Assembly (NCBI GenBank): GCA_951406725.2
Contig: OX597828.1
Location: 11,780,001-11,844,000, forward strand
Length of the DNA stretch: 64,000 bases
Direction: 5' to 3'
Origin: Octopus vulgaris
Taxonomy: Eukaryota
The translations under genes and the position numbers were made by a program. Below the pieces are notes generated by a model. It was not told the DNA's origin and did no database searches. It saw only the letters and a program-made list of their open reading frames with translations. This document shows positions 53,216 to 64,000 of the stretch, in pieces; position 1 is the first letter of the stretch; the number at the start of each line of letters is the position of its first letter.

Positions 53216-54204
53216 GCATATACATATTTACAAACACACACACACACATATATAACTCAGTACAGCTTTTGCATATCTACATACATGCGCATATATGTAT
53301 TTATATGTATGTGTGTGTGTAGGGTGTATGGGTGGGTGTATATGCATGTACTCGACCTTGATTTTATGTTGCTTGTTTGTTTGAAGCTGTAAGCCGGTGT
53401 CGAGTGACATTGTTTTAGATCAAAGCCGTAAATTATCTTCTATCTTCTACATGTTCCAGTCATTAGACTATGGCCATGCTGGGGCACCACCTTGTCTCTG
53501 ATTCAGAAAAAAAAATTGGTACGATAAGGTAGCAACTGGAAGTATACCGAGACAGATACGACCGTTTAAAACTCTTAAATGCAATACCCTATCATGGCCG
53601 TATTCCAATGACTGAAACCAGTAAGAAAGTAAAACACATTGTTTCGTTTAATGCTTTTTGTTTTTATTTTCATTTTTGCAAAACTATAATAATGTATAAT
53701 ATTTCATAGTGAACAAAAATACATTTTAGTGGCGTATCAATTACGAGATTGCTTCGCGTATATCACGCTTTGTTATATGCATCGAGACGTTGTATTATAT
53801 CTAGCATGACGATATGTTGAATCTGTATCGATCTAAATGCTATTTGATCTTAAGTAGGCTATTGTGTTTTAGGCAATGGAGCATTATATGGTTTCTGTTG
53901 TGACGCTATGTTCAATCTAATGAGGCATAGTTTTGTATCTGTTAGAATAATCTGGCCTTCTCTGTTTTAAATTTATTTTCTCCAAACGTTTATTTTACAT
54001 CATATCAGAGAATCTCAGCTGGTTTATTCGATTATATTCGATTATATGTTGGATCTACTACTACCAAAATCGCCACCACCATGCAACACCGTAACGAATA
54101 GTATAACTACCTCCGCCACTACGTCTAGCTGAATAGTGTTATTGAATTTTTTAAATAATTAAGAATGGAGAGGTCAAGATCGAGTCATTCAGGAGTATTT
54201 TATA

Positions 54205-54545
54205 GTTGAGGGGAAGTTAATTACATCAGATGAAGTACTCAACAGCTACATATTTTATCGACCTCAAAAAGGATGAAAAGCAAAGTCGACCTGGACAGAA
54301 TTTGAACTCAGAATGTCAAGATGGATGAAATGTTGCGAAGCATTCTGTGCGGCGTGCTAACGATTCTGCTGGCTCGCCACCTTTTTGAAATAATTTCTGA
54401 TTAAGACACGAAGCGTAAAATTTTGAGAGGAAGCTTGTCAATTGTATTGACTTCAATATTTAACTGGTAATTTGATTTATCGATCCCGTAGAATGGAAAG
54501 CAAAAGTCGACAACGGTAGGATTTCAACAGTGAACATAATTAGCC
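54205..54545 (-). mobile_element. Diverged SINE family B units
   Basis: GGATGAAAAGCAAAGTCGACC...TTTGAACTCAG. Confidence 0.7.
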
Positions 54546-54550
54546 GTAAC

Positions 54551-54962
54551 GGATATTTTCGGTTTGAACGGCAGTTTTTTCTAGCGGAGTCATATGAAAT
54601 TGTCACCCATAATTATGACCCTAGTATCGGTCTATTGCATTTCAATCTGTTTTAGGATTAGGGTAAGTTAGGGTTGGGGGTGGGGGAAGTATCTTTTTTC
54701 TTCAGAAATGTAAATAAACCCAATCTGTTTCTTAAACGAGGGACATATTCAAACGGCACAGAATGTTTTCACCTCAAATACACGTCATTGATTGGTTGAA
54801 ATTGCAGAAATTGAAGAAAATATCTTACAAACTATAGAATTTTCTTAATAAAGCCAAGAAAAAAAGATATTTTATAAACACATTCTACCAGTATACGAAG
54901 TTTAAAATTTTTTAGTTACCTAGCAATTATGTTAAAAACCGCCTTTCAAACCGAAAAGATCC
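54551..54962. mobile_element. 420-bp MITE with 8-bp TSD GCCG(T/C)AAC
   Basis: TIRs and TSD read directly. Confidence 0.9.
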
Positions 54963-55600
54963 GCCGCAACAAAACACACAAAGCATTTTTCTGACGCTCG
55001 ACCCAAATGGTGGTTATTGCATCGGTAAGGAAGAAAGAATAACTAAGCCTTCACTAAAATTACTTGAATTAAGAATCTAAAGAATATATTCAAATACCAG
55101 TCACATTGTCGGGCATTCTACCGACGCTGCTAATAGTAAGCAATAAACTGGTTTTATTTTTCAACTAATGTGTAATTTGCTTCAGTTTATTTGCTTACTG
55201 AAGACACTATTTCCTGTAAATTAAAGAATTCTCGGATTATTTTCAATACATATAAATATAAACAAAACTCTCTCACACACACACAGCGTATACAAAATCT
55301 GGACGTTGCCAGTGTGTCTGGAAAATATATCTTCACAAGAATACATTCTAATCAATAATTTTCTTATTTCTCATCTAATTGCTGTATTTCCTGCTTATGC
55401 AATCATGAGAATTACGAGCGTCAGCGTATTTTAAACTGGATAAAAAATAGCTGTAACTTATAAAAAAAAGAAATATGACGAAGCAACTCTGAAATTTACG
55501 CTCACAACTCAAAGTACGTAACTTTAGACACCGTATCAAATATATATATACTAGAATACATTCTTCATTAACCATAGCTTCAGACTTTCGTTGCACTTAC

Positions 55601-55743
55601 CATTATATCTCCGTTGAACTTTTCTCTCCGATCAACATCATATTTGATCACGAAGACACCGCTTACGTTTGTTTCCGGTTTGTACAAAACTTTAACTGTC
55701 TTTAATGATGGACGAGAAATTTCGGCGTCTGGGTTAGTTTTTC
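55601..55743 (-). CDS. ITIH: ITIH-like exon (GKTNPDAEISRPS...VSGVFVIKYDVDRREKFNGDIM)
   Basis: tgtttag acceptor, gtaagt donor, phase 1-0; G.F.I.YDV.R...GDI motif. Confidence 0.95.
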
Positions 55744-55947
55744 CTAAACAGATAAATACGATATTGAAGCAGGAATCACAGAAAATATTGCAATGTTCGA
55801 TGGATTAATTAATTCCTTTGGTTCGTTTATTTTTTTACTATTATCTTATTACCGCCAGCAAACTGAAAAATGAACTAGTTTGAATGTCATATAAACGTAT
55901 TGTATAAATATCTGTGTAACTCACACCTACGACTCTGCCTTTCTACA

Positions 55948-55984
<37 letters not shown>

Positions 55985-56224
55985 TCTCTTTCTCTTCTAC
56001 TTTCCTTCTCTTTCTCTACCCCCTCTCTCTCTCTCCGCCCTCTTTCCGTGCTATCACTCACAATTGAGTGTAATTTAGCAGCAGGAAAACTTCTTCCAAA
56101 TACAATGAAAAATCCCCGACAAAAATATTTCAATCGTTTGTGAGTCTGCAGATCATAGAAGTTAGGACAGGTATAACCGTAGGCATACTGCAGAATATTG
56201 TTGGCAACCCAAATACTCAGTTTC

Positions 56225-56825
56225 TTGCTCTAACTTCTCCCTTTTTGTTTTGTTTTACCGAATTTGACTCTACAACTCTTCTTCTTTTCTCGGTCATACA
56301 TATCATCATCTGGAAAAGATCTTCTAACTAGAAAGAGTATGGCCTGGTCAGCCTGTAATGATATGCATAAGATCTGGTCATCAAATCTAAGTAGAGATTT
56401 CAAACTTAAAATCTTCAAAGCCACAGTCGAACCAATTCTACTATATGGCTCAGAAACCTGGGCGTTATCAAAGAAGCTTGAGAGGCGGTTGGATGGAACT
56501 TACACTCGCCTCCTTATGAGAGCTCAAAATCTCTCGTGGAAGCGTCATCCAATCAAAGTACAAATATGTGGGAAATTACCACCTGTATCATCTCTTGTGA
56601 AAGGTAGAAGAGTCCAGTTTGCTGGACATTGTTGTAGAACTGAAAACGAGGTAATTTATACTCTTCTCCTCTGGAAGCCATCTGCTCGCGATACCAGGGG
56701 GCGCACACTTTCCTACCCTGATGTAATCTCCAGGGATACAGGCATCCAGCAACAGGACCTCCGTAATGCTATGATGGACCGTGAAGTCTGGCGTAACATA
56801 GTAAATTCCATTGTCTCGACTATCT
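56225..56825 (+). mobile_element. RTE(-X)-type LINE 3' fragment
   Basis: KIW.SNLS...KLKIF.ATVEPILLYGSETW...LDG.YTRLL...RR.QFAGHC...DREVW. Confidence 0.85.
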
Positions 56826-56888
56826 AGGGCAACTGTGATTCTTCTAACTAGGCCTCTTGCTACTTTTTTCAGTATTGTATCACTATAG

Positions 56889-57199
56889 ATATCTTTTTTT
56901 TTTCTTTGCGCCCTTTTCAAGCCTAGCCAGGCTCATGGGCCCGGTTTCCTGGTTTCTGTGGAGTATGTAGTCCCCTCAGTTGGACGGGACGCCATTCCAT
57001 TGCAGTGCTCAAGAAACAGGTAGAAAGAGTGAGAGAAAGTTGGGGCGAAAGAGTACAACATAGGTCGCCACCCCCACCCCGTGCCGGGGCATCGTGGAGC
57101 TTTAAGGTATTTTCGCTCAATAACGCCCGGTCTGGGAATCGAAACTGCGATCCTCCGACCGCGAGTCTGCTGCCCTAACAAGTGGGCCATTGCGCCTCC
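56889..57199 (-). mobile_element. SINE family C/D-related
   Basis: GGAGGCGCAATGGCCC...GTTTCGATTCC head; shared CCATGAGCCTGGCTAGGC tail. Confidence 0.82.
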
Positions 57200-57291
57200 A
57201 CCTATAAACATCTGCTCTCTCTCTCTAAACTCATTAATACTATTCCTAGATGAAAGATCGGTTAGATATAATAAAAGTCTCGTTTTGATAC

Positions 57292-57542
57292 CTGTCTCGT
57301 TATAAACAACGGTTGGGTCGATGGGTCTCAATGGTGGAACTTGCAAATAGCTGATTTCCTTTGATTCTGCAAGGAAAACTTCGATCAGAAAATCGTCCAC
57401 TGGAGTAACTGGGTCCACATAAACTGCATGTTCATAAATACCAAACTTTCGTTTCAGTAATTCTTGATATCTTAGTGTAAACTTCACTTCTTTCAGTGCA
57501 GCAACATTTATATCAACCTTGAACTTGTTTGCTTCGCGAGGT
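57292..57542 (-). CDS. ITIH: ITIH-like VIT exon (PREANKFKVDINVAALKEVKFTLRYQELLKRKFGIYEH...)
   Basis: attttcag acceptor, gtatca donor, phase 2-1; F.V.VNVAA..KV.F.L.Y.ELLKR motif. Confidence 0.97.
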
Positions 57543-57619
57543 CTGAAAATTTATGCAAAACGATAATGATCGTTTTAGTCATGTTATTGTTATTTTTATT
57601 AGACACATACGAATAATAT

Positions 57620-58505
57620 TGATTTCAAATTTTGGCGCAAGGCCAACGAGTTCAGTGAGGGCAGTGGAAGTGAATTACTGGTACTGATTTTATCGACACC
57701 AAAAGGATAAAAGGCAAAGCCGACCTCGGCAGAATTTCAACTCAGAATGTAAAGACGGACGAAATGTCGTTAAGTATTTTACCCGGCGTGCTAACGATTC
57801 TGCCATGTCGCCGCCTTATATATATATATATTTGTTTACTGCCCACAAGGGGATAAACACAGAGGGGACAAACAAGGAGAGACAAAGGGATTAAGTCGAT
57901 TACATCTACCCCAGTGCGAAACTGGTACTTTATTTATCGACCCCGAAAGGATGAAAAGCAAAGTCGACTTCGGTGGAATTTGAACTCAGAACGTAACGAC
58001 AATTCACCCGGCGCGCCAATGTTTCTGCCAGCTCGCCGCCTTATATATAATTAATGATAAAACAGTTCATAAGGCGGCGTGCAGGTAGAATCGTTAGCAC
58101 GCCGGACGAAATTCGTAGCCGTATTTCGTCTGCCGTTACGTTCTGAGTTCAAATTCCGCCGAGGTCGACTTTGCCTTTCATCCTTTCGCGGTCGATAAAT
58201 TAAGTACCAGTTACGCACTGGGGTTGATATAATCGACTTAATCCGTTTGTCTGTCCTTGTTTGTCTCCTGTGTTTAGCCCCTTGTGGGCAATAAAGAAAT
58301 AAGAATCGTTATCGCGTGAGTCAAAAAGCTTAGTGGCATTTCTTCTGATTTTAAGTTTGGAGCTTGAAACGCCGTTGAGGTCAACTTTGTCTTTCATCCC
58401 CTTCGTGATCGGTAAAATAAGTACCAGTTATCCCCAACTGGGGTCGATGTAATCGACCTGTACTCTTTCCAGCAATTGCTGACCTTGTGCCAAAAATTTG
58501 AAGCC
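57620..58505. mobile_element. Head-to-head SINE family B cluster (- strand 57620-58042, + strand 58072-58505)
   Basis: Two units in each orientation. Confidence 0.85.
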
Positions 58506-59217
58506 AATATTAACATAGATCTTCCTAATTACACACTAGTAAATATATTTCATGATATTCTTTTACTTAGGGGTACTCAAATATGTGAGTTAAGAAACCT
58601 TCCCAAATATCTGTGATGTAAGTTTCGCATGTAAAAGAAAGTTTGAAATATTTTTTATAATAAAATTTGAGTTCAAAAGTTCAAACTGTAAATGGATATA
58701 AAAAATAATTGTATTTTTTACCTTGAAAATATTTGGTAAAAATTTTAGTCTCTTTACGATTTAATTACAGAAATATTTTACAAAGTAAATACAACCGAGT
58801 TTTAAAACGAGGTTGTTGTTGCTTTTTCGACAATAGTTCAAGCACTTAAAATTTTAACAAAACCAAATGGAACAACATTATCTGTAAACTTGTAGTTAAT
58901 TCAATTTTCATGACAGAAATATAATGTAGGTGTGAAACTAAAATTAAATCACGAATAATTAACTGCTGAGAATTGCTACGTGAGTCTATTAGTGACCATG
59001 TCGCAGTGGTGTGACGAAAAGTTTAGCATTGCTAGAAATAATGAAAATGAATTAAATAGATATTGTGTGGTTTTGTTGGCTGAAATGGCTCTTCTGCAAT
59101 TCAAGTGATAAATTTTAATACTCGTTTCCTGGTCGTGTTAATTATGAGACAATTAAATGACTGATGTTTTGGAGAGTGTATTAACTCGCATTTATCTTGC
59201 TGCTAAATAATTCTATC

Positions 59218-59637
59218 GGATCTTTTCGGTTTGAATGGCAGTTTTTAACATAATTTCTAGGTAACTAAAAAATTTTAAACTTCGTATACGGGTAGAATGT
59301 GTTTATAAAACATCTTCTCTTGCCTTTATTGAGAAAATTCTATAGTTTGTAAGATATTTGTTGTTTTTTTTTCTTCAATTTCTGCAATTTCAACCAATCA
59401 GTGACGTCTATTGAGTTAAAAAGCATTCTGTGCTGTATGAATATGTCCCTCGTTTAAGAAACAGATTGGGTTTATTTACATTTGTGAAGAAAAAAAGATG
59501 CCCTTCCCCCACGCCTAACCCTAACCCTAACCCTAAAAGAGATTGAAATGCAATAGATCGATTCTAGGGTCATAATTATGGGTGACAATTTCATATGACA
59601 CCGCTAGAAAAAACTGCCGTTCAAACCGAAAAGATCC
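59218..59637. mobile_element. 420-bp MITE with 8-bp TSD ATTCTATC
   Basis: TIRs, TSD and internal (TAACCC)3. Confidence 0.92.
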
Positions 59638-60487
59638 ATTCTATCTTTATGATAAACAGCATACCTGTCCTGGATATTTTCATTGAGACTATGTTAATAT
59701 TCAATTAAGCGACATGGGAAATATTATACACAAAATATTGTAAGCATCGATTAGGAACTCTCATATACTGACACATACAAAAGAGAAATAAATGAAATCA
59801 CTGGCTTGATTCGAACCATGTATTCATTGTTTGACAGTCGACCGAGTTACCACTTATTATTGATAGAGTATACCAATGTCCAATCTCGTTTCTAAGAAAT
59901 AATTGGCAGTTAGAGAATAAATGTTCCATCTTAAGATGAAGCTATCAAAAATTACATCATAAATTTACTTGAAATAATATAATTTACTCTTGCAGCAAAA
60001 TTATTATTACGATCTAATGATTATTTTAACAACATTATTAACCGTCTGGCAATCAGTCAAGCAAACACTCTATCAATCGAAGAAAACTGAGTTATCTCAC
60101 GCAAATTTGATAAATTGAATGATTTGCTTCAACGACTTTTCGTAATTCAATATATCTGTCAACTAATGGCCAGTGCTATTGGGTTCAAACGAGAAAATAA
60201 ATGGTAATTGTTAACGGTTGTTTTTCTGAAAAAACATTATGAGTGACGCAACTAAGACTCGAACCTATCTTGTAGACATACCTAGTCAGAGCTAACTACT
60301 GTTACACTGTACCTAGTAAGACTATTGAATTGAAATAAAAATAAATTCTTCTAAAATCAATCCAATATGAAGAGAAGTATATGAAGAATATATATACATG
60401 AAATAATATAATTGCCGGAAAATGGAGAGACATATCCAGGTTAATAAAAAAAGTAATATGGAGAACATTGTGTGTGAATTTACTTAC

Positions 60488-60598
60488 TTTTGAGCGACAT
60501 GACCAGCACTTTGTCCTCTTTTCTTGGCTCTTTCGTACGCCTTTTTGGCTTGCTCTTTTTCTTTTACTTCGCCTCCGTATTCCACTCCATCAATTATC
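60488..60598 (-). CDS. ITIH: ITIH-like VIT exon (IIDGVEYGGEVKEKEQAKKAYERAKKRGQSAGHVAQ)
   Basis: taactag acceptor, gtaagt donor, phase 2-2; matches the IDG..Y.G.VKEK..A...Y..A...G..AG.V pattern. Confidence 0.96.
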
Positions 60599-61127
60599 CT
60601 AGTTAAAATGAGAGAATAGTTATATTTGTAGGAATTAGAACATTTTATTTCAGAGAAAACTTTCTAATGTTATCAATCTAAGATCAATACTCTCAGTTTA
60701 TTATACTTACTTCTTTCACATCAATTACAACGAGCCTGTAAACACAATATTGATAAAGTTCTTTACTGCATTATCAATTTAAGACTCCTATTGCTGATAT
60801 ATAAACTCACATATTCTGCAGACATGCACATAAACGCATCATCCTGTTACTTGCATTTGTACTTGTGTACCATTTCTCCCTTAAAAATGTCCGTCCTTGT
60901 TTTCGTATACATTCGCTGCTTTCTTCTAAGGAATCTAGTGCTCTAAGCTTAGTTTTTTTCCTTGGGGCTGGCCAGATTAGAGCAATGTCCAGTATAACCA
61001 GCCGAAATTGCAAAGATAATCTGGAACTCGACTGAGGAAAGAAAATTCCGAATGACCCGTCCTTCTTTTTTCTTGTCCTTTTTTTGTATTATCTGTCTGG
61101 ATGTTTTGCGTTCTTATCCTATTTTTG

Positions 61128-61201
<74 letters not shown>

Positions 61202-61450
61202 CAGTTACAATTAACGTTCGTATTCATTGTAATTGTCTTGGGTATATATTCAGTAAACTATTGATAATCTAGCGAACAGAACCCAGGATTAGCTCATCGG
61301 ATGAAATGCATGGGATTGCCAACTTAATCCTAGGTGATCCTTACCACTCGATGCTGTTAGGTATTTCTTGGATTATAACGAAGTGCTTGAACGTAACCAT
61401 CTGGATACTTTATCCATATCTATTCGCAATGTACATACATACATGCATAT

Positions 61451-61512
<62 letters not shown>

Positions 61513-63467
61513 GCAAAGACACATACACACACACACATATATACATATGTATATATAATTTGTAAGCACCCTGTGCAGGAACGAATGAATTAAACACATG
61601 TACTTTTGTATTCAACAAGTTCGTGTACACTTGGACGTTGGACGACATATACTATTTTTTGTCTCATAGAACGAAGCTTGCTGGGAATTACGTCATCGGA
61701 CAGTCAGACACCTGTTCTTCATGACTGACGGGAAATGCTCTAGGAGTTCAAAGTTCTGTTAGAACTTCTATCATTCTATATAAAGAGCAACAAAATACAT
61801 TTGCTGATGTGTGTGTAACTGGAAATATATTGTCAGTTTCAAAGAATGCTGAAGAACATATATAAATATTGTTTCTATAGCGAGGCAAAATACAAAAATA
61901 AAAGCCTTTTGTTCTCTCAGCTCATTCTTCACCCCAACAACTACAAAGGTTAAGATTTTCTCAATTGTTTCTACAAAAGCCATTTAGAAATCATTTATAA
62001 CGCTGAAACTATTATCTTTGCTAAAAATTCTTCTAGTCTTCTCAAGGAGCTACTTGTAAACATTATCATATTTCAGCATCAAACACATCAAAATGTATCT
62101 AATAATCGTTTTTATTTATTTTTTTCCCGGAATTTGTTATTCTAAATACTGACAAGCCATTGTTTCGGTTACACTCGAAAATGCTATTAATTAATTTCAT
62201 AAGAGGCTTTCTCTAAGCAAACGGGAAGATATGTATTAATATCAAAGCAAATTGAATGCATAATCAAACGCAAACGTATTGTATTGCTTGAGTATCTGTG
62301 TGATATATTGATATATTTATTCATGTATGTATTTACATCTATACATCTATACATACATATATATATATGAAGTTTTTAATCAAATGATTAATTTACAACG
62401 ATCATAGTGACGCTTATGAAAAGAAACAGTCAGTTCCAATCTTCAATTTATTATCGTTACAAGTAGTTTGCTTTGTTTCATACGAGACAATCGAAACTCT
62501 TCCTACACAGACATATATAAGTGCATGTGTAGAGAGGGAGGTTTATATAGCTGTGCTAAACGGCTTTCCTGTGAGTGCTTTTGCTCCGTTACTATTGCAA
62601 CAGTCCGGATACTTACTGATCAGACCTCGTATATGATAGGCAGATACATAGATAGATAGATATGCATAAACATATAAATGCACAAACCCAACCAGCCACC
62701 CAAATACACACACCTCGCGTACACACCAGGCACGTGCCGTCAGTAATTACTCAGGGTAGGCAGTTGGCGACGTGTATGTAGTAATACCCGTAAGAAAATA
62801 AGCGAAACAGGCGCGCGACTGAGTTGGCGGCAGAATTACATCTGCCTTTATAGAGCGTAAAGAAAATGCTGTTGTAGGAATGTACGCAGCATGTGTACTA
62901 CAGCAGAACTATACGTAGTTTCAATACTGAGATTGAAAGGCAGGGGCGAATTATGCCTGCTTAATCTACAAAAAAAAAAAAAAATCATTTTGCATTTTAT
63001 GCATAGTAATCTGAGTAACCTTCATAATTTTATTGAATTAGGTGCATATTTTGCCATAGAAAGGAAATGTTACTATTGATCTATAGTATTCAGAGTAGGC
63101 ACTACCCACCTTGTCTACCCAGGTGGCACGTTCCTGATACGCTCACATGTAATGCATTTAAAGTAATGTAAACTCGATCGCGCAGACACAGTGTATGTTT
63201 TTTTTATATGTCAAATTTGCTGCAGGATAGCGTCCACGTCCAGGGAATGCTCTCTACACGGCTCCAAGTGTTAAAGAATACCTAATATCCCGTACCAAGC
63301 AAGTTGTCTCGCTTGGTCCGGCACATTCGGCGTTGTGTAGTGAGATTTCCCAGGACGCTATCTCAAAGCAAAGTTGACGTGTAAATAAAACACATACACT
63401 ATGTATGCGCGTCAAACAATGGCGGTCCGACATGGCCGCAGTCGACTGACTGTACGTATAGTGTCGA

Positions 63468-63672
63468 CGCTGGCAGAAACGTTAGCACGCCGGGCGAAAT
63501 TCTTAGCGGTATTTTGTCTGCCGTTACGTTGTGAGTTCAAATTCCGCCGCGGTCGACTTTACCTTTCATCCTTTCGGGGTCGATAAATCGAGTACCAGTA
63601 ATCGACTTAATACCTATGTCTGTCTTTGTTTGTCCCCTCTATGTTTAGCCCTTGTGGGTAATAAAGAAATAG
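63468..63672 (+). mobile_element. SINE family B
   Basis: Homology to the other copies. Confidence 0.85.
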
Positions 63673-64000
63673 ATATCTCAGTCGTTTGACCAACTAATTT
63701 ACCTGCTCCTGAAATGACTATCGCTGATTGTGCGGTACGTTGTGTAACAGAAACTGGGCCTTTTTAAAGTTACTGTCACAATGTAACACATTATTTCTCT
63801 GACAAATTTCTTTCTCAAAGTTTCTTCACACACTAAACTTTTGAAAGTTGCATATGCTGAAGATGACATGACGTACAATAACACACACCGTACGATTATA
63901 CACACACATACACTCATACACACACACATACACGCACACATACACACAGACACACACACACACACGCTCACATAGTAAAAGGGGAAGAATAGGTTATTGC

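Noticed and set aside
61771-63971. ORFs 61771-61983 and 63699-63971 (-) as 5' ITIH exons
   Set aside because: No signal peptide or VIT N-terminal motifs (SRFA.T.V.S, LP..AFISNF); the upstream exons probably lie outside the window.

Overview
Eukaryotic, AT-rich, microsatellite-saturated animal DNA; the SINE families and (TA)n/(AAT)n density suggest an octopod cephalopod (inference). The only host gene I can support is a minus-strand inter-alpha-trypsin inhibitor heavy chain (ITIH)-like gene. I traced 11 GT-AG exons with consistent phases (60598 to 23581; 2347 coding nt, about 781 codons plus stop). They encode a VIT domain, a vWA domain with an intact MIDAS, a Gly14 linker, the GDPHF autocleavage motif and an ITI-HC C-terminal region; its 5' exons were not found and probably lie beyond base 64000. 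The rest is repeats: four tRNA-derived SINE families, RTE and R4/Dong-type LINE fragments, decayed Tc1/mariner elements and a 420-bp GG-ended MITE with 8-bp TSDs. The most striking signal is a set of microsatellite-embedded Penelope-like (PLE) remnants. One is a near-perfect 2.13-kb palindrome (29700-31828) encoding a Zn-finger plus GIY-YIG endonuclease on both arms, and a 437-bp palindrome (27258-27694) sits in the same intron. At least six distinct minimal type-I hammerhead-ribozyme motifs occur beside (TA)n/(AAT)n tracts, and their core 3:8 pair co-varies (C-G, G-C, U-A). Nearly all long ORFs in the supplied track are microsatellite artefacts.
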